This document shows positions 23,915 through 33,705 of a stretch of DNA of 64,000 nucleotides, piece by piece (position 1 is the first letter of the stretch; each line of letters starts with the position of its first letter). The DNA comes from Patescibacteria group bacterium (GTDB lineage: Bacteria; Patescibacteriota; Patescibacteriia; UBA10025; JBIOWE01): contig JBIOWE010000006.1 of assembly GCA_044868145.1 (NCBI GenBank), positions 78,558 to 142,557 on the forward strand. The letters are read 5' to 3'. A program made the position numbers and the translations under genes. Under the pieces are notes generated by a model, which was not told the origin of the DNA, did no database searches, and worked only from the letters and a program-made list of their open reading frames with translations.

Positions 23915-25417
23915 ATGAAATACGAAGCGGTTATAGGTCTTGAGACGCATGTACAACTTCGGACGCGATCGAAGATGTTTTGTTCGTGCGACAACACCGG
24001 TGAGACGCAACCGCCGAACACAACCATTTGCCCGATTTGCATGGGCCATCCTGGTACGTTGCCCGTGGCGAACAAGCAGGCAGTTGAATGGGCTATGACC
24101 GCTGCGCTTGCGCTTAGCTGCACGGTAAAGGAACATTCCCGATTTGACCGGAAAAGTTATTTCTACCCGGATTTGCCTAAAGGCTATCAAATTTCCCAGT
24201 ACGACCAGCCAATCGGACGCGACGGTTTTTTGATTGTGGAAACGCCGTCCGGCAGTCGCCGTATTGGCATTGAACGACTGCATGTTGAAGAAGATACAGG
24301 CAAGCTGCTCCATGCGGCTGACGGTTCAAAGTCTTTTGTCGACTTCAACCGCGCAGGCACCCCTCTTCTTGAGATTGTCACAAAACCGGAAATTCGTTCA
24401 CCCGAAGAAGCAAAGATATTTTTACAGGAATTGCGTACGATCATGCGGTACCTAGGTATTTCGGACGCGGATATGGAAAAAGGGCATTTACGCTGCGACG
24501 CAAACATATCGTTGCGGCCGCGCGACGATAATCAGCTGTATCCGAAAACGGAAATCAAGAATATGAACTCGTTTCGAGCGGTTGAAAAAGCGCTGCAGTA
24601 TGAAATAAAACGGCAAACCAAGCTCTGGCAGGCGAACACGCCGCCAAGTACACTTTCCACCCGTGGTTGGGATGAAAAGCGCGAGCAAACTGTGGCCCAG
24701 CGTGAAAAAGAAGAACAGCACGATTACCGCTATTTCCCTGAGCCGGATTTGCCGCTCTTGTATTTCGACAAGGCATTCGTTGCTCACACGAAACAATCCA
24801 TCCGTGAGTTGCCGTTTGAAAAGCGCAACCGTTTTGAGGAAGAATTTGAGCTGTCAAAGTCCGATGCGCACATGATCAGCCAAGACAAGGAAACCGCAGA
24901 TTATTTTGAAAACGTCATTTCAGAGCTGCGGGAATGGCTCGGCACGGCCGAAGGTATGGAAGGGTCGAAGGAAGAACTGTGGGAACAAAACAAGAAAAAG
25001 TTGATCAAGCAAGTCGTGAATTGGCTTATCAGCCGGCTGTTCAATTTGTTGAACGAATCGCGGACCACGATTGATCATGTAAAAGTCACACCGGAAAATT
25101 TTGCCGAGCTCATGACCATGATTTTTCAACACCGCGTGAACGGCACAACCGCATTGGCAATCTTAAAAAAAATGTTTGCGACCGGTGAGGATCCCTCGAC
25201 GATCATGGAAGAAGGGGGGCTTGAACAAATCGGGACAAGTCAGGAATTGGACGGTATCGTTGCAGCCGTGCTTGACAACCACCCGGATATTGTGCGAATG
25301 TACCAACAGGGAAAAACGACAACTTTACAATTTCTCATTGGACAGGTTATGAAAAAGACAAAAGGTCGAGCAGACCCGGAAGTAGTACAAGATTTATTGC
25401 TAACACACTTACAATAA
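23915..25417 (+). CDS. gatB: Asp-tRNA(Asn)/Glu-tRNA(Gln) amidotransferase subunit B
   Basis: 500 aa; MKYEAVIGLETHVQL..SKMFCSC; conserved GatB throughout. Confidence 0.95.
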   Translation: MKYEAVIGLETHVQLRTRSKMFCSCDNTGETQPPNTTICPICMGHPGTLPVANKQAVEWAMTAALALSCTVKEHSRFDRKSYFYPDLPKGYQISQYDQPIGRDGFLIVETPSGSRRIGIERLHVEEDTGKLLHAADGSKSFVDFNRAGTPLLEIVTKPEIRSPEEAKIFLQELRTIMRYLGISDADMEKGHLRCDANISLRPRDDNQLYPKTEIKNMNSFRAVEKALQYEIKRQTKLWQANTPPSTLSTRGWDEKREQTVAQREKEEQHDYRYFPEPDLPLLYFDKAFVAHTKQSIRELPFEKRNRFEEEFELSKSDAHMISQDKETADYFENVISELREWLGTAEGMEGSKEELWEQNKKKLIKQVVNWLISRLFNLLNESRTTIDHVKVTPENFAELMTMIFQHRVNGTTALAILKKMFATGEDPSTIMEEGGLEQIGTSQELDGIVAAVLDNHPDIVRMYQQGKTTTLQFLIGQVMKKTKGRADPEVVQDLLLTHLQ

Positions 25418-25419
25418 TT

Positions 25420-25572
25420 ATGGAACGAGAAAGAATCGCACCGCACCAAGAGGCTGAGGGCGAGGAGGCAAGGAAAGAGTTGGAAAAGGGTATTCAGGAA
25501 GAGGAAGCGAAGGATCCAGATTTTTGGAAGAAGCATGATGAGCGCATTGGAAAAGAAAAACCCGGCGCTTGA
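25420..25572 (+). CDS. possible small charged protein (50 aa, Glu/Lys-rich), 2 nt after gatB stop
   Basis: ATG 25420 to TGA 25572; no similarity recognised; may be spurious. Confidence 0.2.
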   Translation: MERERIAPHQEAEGEEARKELEKGIQEEEAKDPDFWKKHDERIGKEKPGA

Positions 25573-25597
25573 CTCTTCACTCTGTCTAGAGTATCCT
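25569..25597 (+). promoter_or_regulatory. promoter TTGACT-17-TATCCT for carAB leader
   Basis: Read from sequence. Confidence 0.4.
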
Positions 25598-25662
25598 GAA
25601 TGAAGAATGTGGAAATATCTGGCAACCAAAATTCATTATTGTATTAATCGGTGACCTAAAAA

Positions 25663-25690
25663 CCCCTCCGAAACGGAGGGTGTTTTTTAT
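25663..25690 (+). terminator. intrinsic terminator/attenuator hairpin ending 6 nt before the carA ATG
   Basis: CCCTCCG-aaa-CGGAGGG followed by TGTTTTTTAT. Confidence 0.55.
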
Positions 25691-25695
25691 AAAAT

Positions 25696-26775
25696 ATGCC
25701 AAAGCGAGGAACTTTACTATTAGAAGACGGAACTGTTATTGAGGGTGTATCGTTCGGTTATCCACAGTCGCGTGCCGGGGAGGTCGTTTTTAACACAGGC
25801 ATGGTCGGGTACCCTGAGAGTTTCACAGACCCCTCATATTACGGACAGATTCTTGTGCTGACGTATCCCCTTATTGGCAATTACGGTGTGCCGCGCAATA
25901 CGACCGTTGGCGGCCTGCCTGCGTTTTTTGAATCTGATCGGCCGCATATCGCCGGTTTAATCGTGGCAAACTACTCGCACACGTATAGCCACTATCGGGC
26001 GGCCCAAAGTTTGGGCGCATGGCTCACGAAAACAAAAGTGCCGGCGCTAACCGGTATTGATACGCGGCAGCTCACAAAAAAACTTCGAGAGCGCGGAACA
26101 ATGTTGGGGAAAATCGTGATTGGTCGCGATGTCGAGCCATACGACCCAAACGCAGGAAACGTACTGCCGTTCGTGAGCGTGCGTAAATCCTTGTCGTATG
26201 GCAAAGGGCCGTTGCGCGTTGTGCTGTATGATTGCGGCGTGAAAAACAATATTATTCGGGAACTCGTGGCTCGCGGCGTGCAAGTGCTGCGCGTGCCATG
26301 GGATTATCCCTTATCCAAAAGTCGCCTTCAGTATGATGGCGTTGTCTTGTCTAACGGTCCAGGAGACCCCACAAAAGCGGGTGCAACAATAGCGGAAGTC
26401 GCACGATTGTTAAAACGGGATAAGCCGGTATTCGGTATTTGCCTAGGCATTCAACTAATGGCGCTGGCGGTGGGAGCCAAAACATATAAACTAACCTTTG
26501 GTCATCGTAGCCAAAACCAACCGTGTCAGGACATTGCAACTGGGCGATGCTATATCACAAGTCAGAACCACGGGTTTGCCGTGAACGACAAAACGCTGCG
26601 TGGCGGGTTCCTGCCATGGTTTGTGAATCTTAATGACAACACGCTTGAAGGAATGAAACACGCCTCCAAGCCATTCATGGCGGTCCAATTCCATCCAGAG
26701 GCAACGCCCGGCCCTTTGGATACCTCATTTTTATTCGACCAGTTTTTATCCATGGTAAAACGACATGGCACGTAA
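25696..26775 (+). CDS. carA: carbamoyl-phosphate synthase small (glutaminase) subunit
   Basis: 359 aa; GATase catalytic GICLGIQLMA and conserved N-domain. Confidence 0.95.
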   Translation: MPKRGTLLLEDGTVIEGVSFGYPQSRAGEVVFNTGMVGYPESFTDPSYYGQILVLTYPLIGNYGVPRNTTVGGLPAFFESDRPHIAGLIVANYSHTYSHYRAAQSLGAWLTKTKVPALTGIDTRQLTKKLRERGTMLGKIVIGRDVEPYDPNAGNVLPFVSVRKSLSYGKGPLRVVLYDCGVKNNIIRELVARGVQVLRVPWDYPLSKSRLQYDGVVLSNGPGDPTKAGATIAEVARLLKRDKPVFGICLGIQLMALAVGAKTYKLTFGHRSQNQPCQDIATGRCYITSQNHGFAVNDKTLRGGFLPWFVNLNDNTLEGMKHASKPFMAVQFHPEATPGPLDTSFLFDQFLSMVKRHGT

Positions 26776-29700
26776 CATGCGAAAAATTTTGTTACTTGGT
26801 TCCGGCGCTTTGAAAATCGGCGAGGCAGGGGAGTTTGACTATGCGGGCTCGCAGGCAATAAAGGCGTTGAAAGAACAGAAATTGGAGGTCGTGCTCGTCA
26901 ACCCAAACATCGCGACCATACAAACATCAGAGGGGATGGCAGACCGGGTGTATTTCCTGCCTGTTAATCTGGATTTTGTCACGCGTGTCATTAAAAAGGA
27001 ACGACCGGACGGCATCCTCTTATCATTCGGCGGCCAGACCGCTCTCAATTGCGGCGTGGCGCTCCATGATCAAGGCATACTAAAAAAATATCGCGTCAGC
27101 GTGTTAGGCACTCCCATTCGCGCCATTAAGCAAACGGAAGACCGCGCGCTGTTTGCCAAGAAATTACAATCCATCGGCGTTTCGATCCCTCGGAGCGCGG
27201 CGGTTCGCTCGCTTGCCGAATTGCGCAACCAAGCGAAAAGAATCGGTTACCCCGTTATGATCAGAAGCGCGTACGCGCTCGGCGGTCTTGGCTCAGGCGT
27301 CGCGCACGATGAGAAAGCACTGACCAGCCTTGCGACAAAAGCGTTTCACCACACAAAGCAAATTCTCGTCGAGGAATACCTGAAGCACTGGAAGGAAGTA
27401 GAATATGAGGTGGTGCGGGACAGGCATGATAATTGCATAACCGTTTGCAACATGGAAAATCTTGACCCGATGGGCATTCACACAGGTGAGAGTATTGTCG
27501 TTGCACCTTCGCAGACCTTGTCGAATTATGAATATCATAAGCTCCGCACCGTGGCTATGAATGTTATCCGCCGCATTGGCATTATCGGTGAATGTAACAT
27601 TCAATTTGCGCTCAACCCAAAGCGAGACGAATATCGCGTCATTGAAGTAAATGCTCGACTTTCGCGTTCCTCAGCCCTCGCTTCGAAAGCAACCGGCTAC
27701 CCGTTGGCGTACGTGGCATGCAAATTGGCGCTGGGCAAGACGTTGCCAGAACTAAAAAACTCGGTTACAAAAGACACGCCCGCGTTTTTCGAGCCGGCGC
27801 TTGATTATATCACGTTGAAATTCCCGCGTTGGGATTTGTCGAAATTCAAGAATGTGAGCCCGGAAATCGGCAGCGAGATGAAGAGTGTCGGAGAGGTAAT
27901 GGCGATTGGCAGGTCCTTTGAGGAAGTGCTCCAAAAGGCGGTGCGCATGCTTGAGATAGGCAGTGAGGGAATCCTTGATGGTGGAAACGGATCCGCGCAC
28001 GATCTTACGTTCGACACACCCACGCCCATGCGCGTTTTTGGGGTCGCCCGCGCGTTGAGCAAGGGTGTTCCGGTTCGCACCATTTACCGCAAGACGGGGA
28101 TTGATCCATGGTTTTTGGAGAAAATTCGCAATATCGCGGTGCTCCATAAGGCGCTTCGACGTAAAACGTTTTCCCGCTTGAATAAGGGATTATTGCTGCG
28201 GGCAAAACAACTTGGCTTTTCCGACAGATTTCTTAGTCGTATGTATTCCGTTTCCGAAGACACGGTCCGCATCACGCGCAAGCGATTGGGCATTGTACCG
28301 TTCGTGAAACAAATCGATACGGTGGCCGCAGAATATCCTGCAAAAACGAACTACCTGTACTTAACCTACAACGGCAGCGCTGATGATACACTGGTGAAGC
28401 AGGCACGAAAGTCCGTGATGGTGCTTGGTTCAGGCGTCTACCGGATTGGGTCGTCCGTCGAGTTTGATTGGTGTGGCGTACACACGATTAAAACACTGCG
28501 AGCTAAGGGCTACGAAACAATTATGGTCAATTTGAACCCGGAAACAGTTTCAACGGATTATGATATTGGAAATAAACTGTATTTCGACGAGTTGACCTAC
28601 GAGCGCGTGATGGATATTTACGATAAAGAGGGACCGCGAGGGGTGATTGTTTCCGTCGGCGGGCAGACGCCCAATAATCTTGTGGTGCAGCTGTCCCGTG
28701 CTAAGGTGCGCATTCTCGGGACGTCGGCATCGTCGATTGACGCCGCAGAGAATCGGTACAAGTTTTCGCGACTGCTCGATCGGCTCGGCATTGACCAACC
28801 GTCGTGGGATGAGCTGCGTACGGAAAAAAGCGCGCTCCAATTTGCTAACCAGGTCGGATTTCCAGTACTTGTCCGGCCGTCATACGTATTGAGCGGTCAG
28901 GCAATGAATGTTGCTTTTTCCGAGAATGAACTGCGTCGCTTTTTGCAGGTTGCGGGCGTTGTATCCCCGGACCATCCGGTGGTGATTACCAAATTCGAAG
29001 AAAATGCGAAGGAAATAGAGATCGACGCGGTTGCCCAGAACGGTAAGATGGTTATTTGGGCAATTTCCGAACACGTGGAAAACGCCGGAGTGCATTCAGG
29101 GGATGCCACAATCGTTTACCCGCCGCAAAAGCTGTACCTGGAGACGATTCGTCGCATCAAAGCGGCGACCTACAAAATCGCTCAAGTCCTGAGGATTTCC
29201 GGGCCGTTCAACATACAGTTCCTTGCCCGTGAAAATGCGATCAAAGTGATTGAATGCAATTTGCGCGCGTCGCGGAGCCTGCCGTTCATATCCAAAGTCT
29301 CTAAAATCAATTTCATTGAGCTTGCGACCAAGGTGATGTTGGGTGAAAAAATCACGCAAAAATTCCAGACGCTCGATTTTGACTATGTAGGCGTAAAAGC
29401 GCCGCAGTTCTCGTTTCAGCGGCTCAAGGGCGCAGATCCCATTCTCCGCGTGGAAATGGCTTCAACCGGCGAGGTGGCGGCGCTCGGTGATGACCTCGAG
29501 GAAGCGTTTCTGAAGTCCATTCTCTCAACCGGGTTCCGCTTGCCCAAAAAGAATATTCTCATCAGTTTGGGCGGAGAAGAAAATAAAATAAAGCTGCTCG
29601 ATTCCGTGCAGGAACTTTCCCGGCTCGGTTATGCGCTGTTCGCTACCGAAAAAACCGCACAGTTCTTGCGCGAAAATGGGATTCCGTGTAACCACCTCTT

Positions 29701-29950
29701 TAAAATTTATGAAGAAAAAAGTCCCAACATTCTGGAGTACCTGCAGGCCGGAAAACTCCACCTCGTCATACACATTACGGACGCCTATGTTCGTAAGATT
29801 ATTGACGACGACTACACAATGCGGCGTTACACGGTTGATTATAACGTGCCGCTCATTACCAACCGGCAGCTTGCCAGACTCATTGTCGATGCACTTGCGA
29901 AGAAGCGAACGCGCGATTTGAAAGTCAAGGCGTGGCAGGATTACAATTGA
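26765..29950 (+). CDS. carB: carbamoyl-phosphate synthase large subunit
   Basis: 1061 aa; duplicated ATP-grasp halves, MGS-like C-terminus; 11-nt overlap with carA. Confidence 0.97.
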   Translation: MARNMRKILLLGSGALKIGEAGEFDYAGSQAIKALKEQKLEVVLVNPNIATIQTSEGMADRVYFLPVNLDFVTRVIKKERPDGILLSFGGQTALNCGVALHDQGILKKYRVSVLGTPIRAIKQTEDRALFAKKLQSIGVSIPRSAAVRSLAELRNQAKRIGYPVMIRSAYALGGLGSGVAHDEKALTSLATKAFHHTKQILVEEYLKHWKEVEYEVVRDRHDNCITVCNMENLDPMGIHTGESIVVAPSQTLSNYEYHKLRTVAMNVIRRIGIIGECNIQFALNPKRDEYRVIEVNARLSRSSALASKATGYPLAYVACKLALGKTLPELKNSVTKDTPAFFEPALDYITLKFPRWDLSKFKNVSPEIGSEMKSVGEVMAIGRSFEEVLQKAVRMLEIGSEGILDGGNGSAHDLTFDTPTPMRVFGVARALSKGVPVRTIYRKTGIDPWFLEKIRNIAVLHKALRRKTFSRLNKGLLLRAKQLGFSDRFLSRMYSVSEDTVRITRKRLGIVPFVKQIDTVAAEYPAKTNYLYLTYNGSADDTLVKQARKSVMVLGSGVYRIGSSVEFDWCGVHTIKTLRAKGYETIMVNLNPETVSTDYDIGNKLYFDELTYERVMDIYDKEGPRGVIVSVGGQTPNNLVVQLSRAKVRILGTSASSIDAAENRYKFSRLLDRLGIDQPSWDELRTEKSALQFANQVGFPVLVRPSYVLSGQAMNVAFSENELRRFLQVAGVVSPDHPVVITKFEENAKEIEIDAVAQNGKMVIWAISEHVENAGVHSGDATIVYPPQKLYLETIRRIKAATYKIAQVLRISGPFNIQFLARENAIKVIECNLRASRSLPFISKVSKINFIELATKVMLGEKITQKFQTLDFDYVGVKAPQFSFQRLKGADPILRVEMASTGEVAALGDDLEEAFLKSILSTGFRLPKKNILISLGGEENKIKLLDSVQELSRLGYALFATEKTAQFLRENGIPCNHLFKIYEEKSPNILEYLQAGKLHLVIHITDAYVRKIIDDDYTMRRYTVDYNVPLITNRQLARLIVDALAKKRTRDLKVKAWQDYN

Positions 29951-29956
29951 CGAGAG

Positions 29957-30889
29957 TTAGTCATGGCAGATGTCCGTACCGCTGTCAGTAAAGGCTTCGC
30001 CGGCCGCGCGTATAAATTCCCATTGGTAACGGCCGGGCGACAGTACGAGCTTGAGCACCCCGTACGTTTTGTTTTGCTTTATTTCGCTGTTTGGCGCGGT
30101 ACGCAGGAACTGGTAGAGGCTGCGACCGCCTGTTCCGACGACGAATTCTCGAATGCCGCGTGCATCATCCCGATTGCCGCTGGCGTCTTGCGGTGCAAAC
30201 CGTTCATAGGTGTGGTCATGCCCGGAAATGACAACGTCCGCGCCTGCGTCGTAGAGCGCTTGCCAGAGGGGCTGAACCTCGTTGGTGTTTCCATGTAAGC
30301 CGGAGCTAAAGCGAGGATGGTGCCAATAGGCGAGCGTGCACTCTGTAGGGTGCGCTGCCAGGTCAGCCCGGAGCCATTGGCCTTGGCTAGACTCCGCGGA
30401 GCAGCCGCCGACTGCACTGCAGTTTGAGTTCAAAACCACAATGTGCCATGTGCCAAGGTCGTAACTGTAGTATCCCTTCCCTTGTTCGCCGGCCTTATCG
30501 CCAAAGTATGCAAAGTAGCCAGTCGCGTTCGCAGTGCCATAGTCATGGTTACCAGGTGCTGGGTGTGTTCTTTCTTTCAGCCTGCCCCAGGATGGTTCGT
30601 AGCAGTTAGCATAATCTTGAACGGATCCGTTTGGGTATGTGTTATCTCCTACGGCAAAAATAGTTCCCTGAATTGTGTCCAGTAGCCGCGCGGTTTCCTC
30701 GTCGTATAAACCATCACACGACGCAATGTCGCCGGCGCCAATAAGCACGGGCGCGTCGCTCGATTCATTCGAAGGCGTAAACGTCAGGGGTCGAATCTTT
30801 TTCGTGAAAATATATTGTTGGCCGATCAGTGCCCCCACAACGATCGCAAGGACAACGCCGAGGCCGATATGTGACAATACTTTTTTCAT
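29957..30889 (-). CDS. secreted/membrane-anchored calcineurin-like metallophosphoesterase
   Basis: N-terminal TM/signal; GDIASCD..GD..Y..GNHDY...GHDHTYERF metal-ligand motifs. Confidence 0.8.
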   Translation of the reverse strand: MKKVLSHIGLGVVLAIVVGALIGQQYIFTKKIRPLTFTPSNESSDAPVLIGAGDIASCDGLYDEETARLLDTIQGTIFAVGDNTYPNGSVQDYANCYEPSWGRLKERTHPAPGNHDYGTANATGYFAYFGDKAGEQGKGYYSYDLGTWHIVVLNSNCSAVGGCSAESSQGQWLRADLAAHPTECTLAYWHHPRFSSGLHGNTNEVQPLWQALYDAGADVVISGHDHTYERFAPQDASGNRDDARGIREFVVGTGGRSLYQFLRTAPNSEIKQNKTYGVLKLVLSPGRYQWEFIRAAGEAFTDSGTDICHD

Positions 30890-30916
30890 TTTTCAAATAA
30901 TGAAGGAAGCAACATG

Positions 30917-31129
30917 TTATGCAAAGTCCTCAATTGTTAGATTCGCTTGCCGGAGAATGGACCGGAACGTTCCAAAGGGAATCTCTTTACGGTTTGCAGG
31001 AACAATAACCGTAAGTGCTGGATTGCCTAATTTTCTAAACTTAATGTGACTTCCTTTTTGGGAAATAAAAATAAAGCCCTTCCGGAGAAGGACTTTTATA
31101 ATCCGGTTTGATGAATACAGTTTAGGCAT
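30917..31129 (-). CDS. hicA: type II toxin HicA (mRNA interferase, YcfA-like)
   Basis: 70 aa; KVLLRKGF...QKGSHIKF......VIVPANRKEIPFGTFRSILRQANL matches the HicA fold consensus. Confidence 0.8.
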   Translation of the reverse strand: MPKLYSSNRIIKVLLRKGFIFISQKGSHIKFRKLGNPALTVIVPANRKEIPFGTFRSILRQANLTIEDFA

Positions 31130-31340
31130 GCTGAAGCTGCTGCTTCACGATGGTTGGACTTTCTACATTGACGATCTGAGAGAATTTTTTATCTTCAAAA
31201 TACAATTCCAAGGCCTCTTTCAGGTTTGAAAGAGCTTCTTTTTTTGTTTTACCAAAGCTCGATACGTCGACATTTAAACATTGCGCCACGTAATACTTGC
31301 CTTCCTTCCAGACTATATTTTGTACCTTAATTTTTTGCAT
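31122..31340 (-). CDS. hicB: antitoxin HicB-like (UPF0150/RNase-H-like fold)
   Basis: 72 aa from internal ATG (MQKIKVQNIVWKEGKYYVAQCLNVDVSSFGKTKKEALSNLKEALELYFED); 8-nt overlap with hicA; the longer ORF to 31463 would overlap miaA. Confidence 0.65.
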   Translation of the reverse strand: MQKIKVQNIVWKEGKYYVAQCLNVDVSSFGKTKKEALSNLKEALELYFEDKKFSQIVNVESPTIVKQQLQHA

Positions 31341-31378
31341 AGACTTATTTTCAAGGATAGCAAAATTGCGACTTAGCG

Positions 31379-32272
31379 TCAAGTTCTTAGAAATTTTTTC
31401 ACGAGCGTGCTTGTTTTTTGGTTGTTCTGTATCCAATGAACACGAGAGTCGCGCTTGAACCAAGTCATTTGTCGTTTTGCGTAGTTCCGCGTGTTGCGTC
31501 TGATATGTGCTACTGCATCTTGCAAACTGAGTTTACCCTGAAGGTACATCCCTATCTCTTTGTATCCGATCCCAGACATAGCCGGTAGATTCGCATTATA
31601 CGTTTTTCTCAGAGTCTTCACTTCACGCACCAGGCCGCGCCGCATCATAGAATCTACCCGTCGAGCGATGTTTCGGTCGAGTTGCGCTTTTGGCAGGCTG
31701 ATGCCGATGAGTAAAACATCGTAGCGCGCGCTACCTTTTGTGATGTTCGGTACTTTCTTCAAGGCTTTTGCTACTTCGATTGCGCGGATTAATCGCCTTG
31801 GATTGTTTTTGTCAATTGTTTTTGCCCGACGGCTGTCGAGGCTTTCGAGTATTTTATATAGTTTTGACGTTGGGTATTTTGCGAGTTTGCGGCGCAGTCG
31901 TTCATTCGGTTCCACCTCGGGGAATTCAACATTGTCGACAATAGATTGAACGAAAAAGCCAGTCCCACCGACGAGCAAGGGGAGCTTGTCCCGCTTAAGA
32001 ATGCCGCGAATTGACCGTTGCGCTGCTTTTTTATAATGCGTTACGTTGAATGCCTGATTCGGGCGGACTACGTCTAGCAGGTGGTGTCGAACGAGCCGCT
32101 GCTCTTGCCGCGTGGGCTTGCCTGTTCCTATATCCATACCCTTATACAGTTGCCGGGAATCCGCAGACACGATCTCGCCGTTAAATTTTCGTGCGAGCTG
32201 TATCGCAAGCCTGGTCTTACCGGTAGCTGTTGGCCCAACAATTGCAATTATTTTTGGCAGATGGGTTGACAT
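31379..32272 (-). CDS. miaA: tRNA dimethylallyltransferase
   Basis: P-loop IVGPTATGKT; conserved MiaA. Confidence 0.93.
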   Translation of the reverse strand: MSTHLPKIIAIVGPTATGKTRLAIQLARKFNGEIVSADSRQLYKGMDIGTGKPTRQEQRLVRHHLLDVVRPNQAFNVTHYKKAAQRSIRGILKRDKLPLLVGGTGFFVQSIVDNVEFPEVEPNERLRRKLAKYPTSKLYKILESLDSRRAKTIDKNNPRRLIRAIEVAKALKKVPNITKGSARYDVLLIGISLPKAQLDRNIARRVDSMMRRGLVREVKTLRKTYNANLPAMSGIGYKEIGMYLQGKLSLQDAVAHIRRNTRNYAKRQMTWFKRDSRVHWIQNNQKTSTLVKKFLRT

Positions 32273-32351
32273 TGAACACTCTTTATGTTAGCATACCTAG
32301 ACGTTCTTTAAAAAACCACAACAAAAAAACATTAGGTAAGGAGGAGGCCAA

Positions 32352-32891
32352 TTGAATTTTGTTCATTTTGGATTTTCCGATCTGCTCGTCGCATTAATGA
32401 CGACCTTTAAGATTGAAGCGGGGATCCTGTACTTCCGTCTGAATGGTACGCCATTTTGGGAAGCATATGCGATAGGCGTTACGCTCTGTGCGCTACACTT
32501 ATGTCTGATTTTTGGATTCTTCGACATGATTGTGCGGATTTTGAAGAAACCCTATCTTTACTTTCTGCCGCGCTGGCGATGGTTACAAAAGGTGTCAACT
32601 CTGTTATCCGCACGGAACAATCATGTTACCGAGCGACGCGAGAAGATGAAGCGGTGGTTGATCAAAAAGCAGTATTTCTGGTTTTTTGTTCTCTACTCTC
32701 TGCCTTTCCTATTCATGTTGTCCGGCGCAGTGATCGCCACAGTGAAGATATCGCATGCGAGCTCAAAGAAGGGTTTTTTCGCAATGCTGGGGGCCGTGCC
32801 CGTCAAGGTCATGCTCACCACAATCATTGTGTACACTTTTCCCGATCTTGCCCAAAGACTTCTCCATCCAGTTCTCAACCTGTTTCGATAG
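32352..32891 (+). CDS. hypothetical membrane protein
   Basis: TTG start 6 nt after AAGGAGGAGG; multiple TM helices. Confidence 0.5.
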   Translation: MNFVHFGFSDLLVALMTTFKIEAGILYFRLNGTPFWEAYAIGVTLCALHLCLIFGFFDMIVRILKKPYLYFLPRWRWLQKVSTLLSARNNHVTERREKMKRWLIKKQYFWFFVLYSLPFLFMLSGAVIATVKISHASSKKGFFAMLGAVPVKVMLTTIIVYTFPDLAQRLLHPVLNLFR

Positions 32892-32926
32892 TGCCAGTAC
32901 TTGATAATCGTATTGGCACTTTTTTA
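32891..32926 (+). terminator. terminator-like hairpin plus T-run
   Basis: GTGCCA...TGGCAC then TTTTTTATTTT. Confidence 0.4.
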
Positions 32927-32942
32927 TTTTATCAAGGAGGCC

Positions 32943-32971
32943 TTGACAAGCGATACCTTCCGTGATATGCT
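32943..32971 (+). promoter_or_regulatory. promoter TTGACA-17-TATGCT for response regulator
   Basis: Read from sequence; GGAGGG RBS before ATG 33021. Confidence 0.55.
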
Positions 32972-33020
32972 CCTTGAGAAATAGAAAAAGAACTTTTCAC
33001 TATAAACAGAGGGAGGGATC

Positions 33021-33419
33021 ATGTTACACATGATTTTACTCGTTGACGATGACGCTTCCATTCGGAACGTTTTTCCGAAGCTGGTAGAAGCCATTACTCA
33101 AGAGTACAAGGTCGTACTAGCCAAAGATGGCCAAGAGGGATATCAAGCACTACTGGACCATGGAAGTAAGATTCACGCCGTCTTTTGCGATGGCCAAATG
33201 CCAAAGCTCGATGGCCCAGCGTTCGTGCAGAAGGTACGCGAGAATCCGCATTTTGAAGAAATCCCCATTGTCAGTATTACTTCCAATCAAGCCATGGCTG
33301 ACCAAATGGCTAAAGACGGAAAAACGCAATTCCACATGCCAAAGCCGTTTAATCTGGAACAGTTGGAAACTGCTCTTACCACCATAAAACTGCTCAAAAC
33401 TTCTACGCCATCATCGTAA
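33021..33419 (+). CDS. single-domain response regulator (CheY-like receiver)
   Basis: LLVDDD acidic pocket, phospho-acceptor D in FCDGQMP, conserved K in HMPKPF. Confidence 0.85.
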   Translation: MLHMILLVDDDASIRNVFPKLVEAITQEYKVVLAKDGQEGYQALLDHGSKIHAVFCDGQMPKLDGPAFVQKVRENPHFEEIPIVSITSNQAMADQMAKDGKTQFHMPKPFNLEQLETALTTIKLLKTSTPSS

Positions 33420-33430
33420 GTTGTTCTTAA

Positions 33431-33460
33431 AAGCTCACACGGAAATGTGAGCTTTTTTCT
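33431..33460 (+). terminator. rho-independent terminator
   Basis: AGCTCACA-cggaaa-TGTGAGCT followed by TTTTTTCTTGATTTTTTTT. Confidence 0.7.
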
Positions 33461-33504
33461 TGATTTTTTTTGAAAAAAAGAGTATACTGAAGTTAATTCA
33501 ACAT

Positions 33505-33651
33505 ATGGATTCAATCAACCAACGATCAGGGCTCGACGTCGAGACTGACATCAAGCTCGGTACAGGAACCAAGGTGCTCATTGCGGTCATTGTGATCGGC
33601 GCGATTGGCGCAGGCATTGTTGCGGCGCTCGTCATGACGAATCAGATTTAA
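33505..33651 (+). CDS. possible small single-TM protein (48 aa)
   Basis: Promoter-like CTTGAT-18-TATACT upstream; hydrophobic C-terminus VLIAVIVIGAIGAGIVAALVM. Confidence 0.3.
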   Translation: MDSINQRSGLDVETDIKLGTGTKVLIAVIVIGAIGAGIVAALVMTNQI

Positions 33652-33705
33652 GCAAACACCCAGTACATGCTTTCTAGCGTGCGATGGGTTGCTTGATTTT
33701 GACAA

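Noticed and set aside
31341-31463. Long form of hicB (113 aa)
   Set aside because: It would overlap the miaA 3' end by 85 nt. HicB homology begins at the internal Met.
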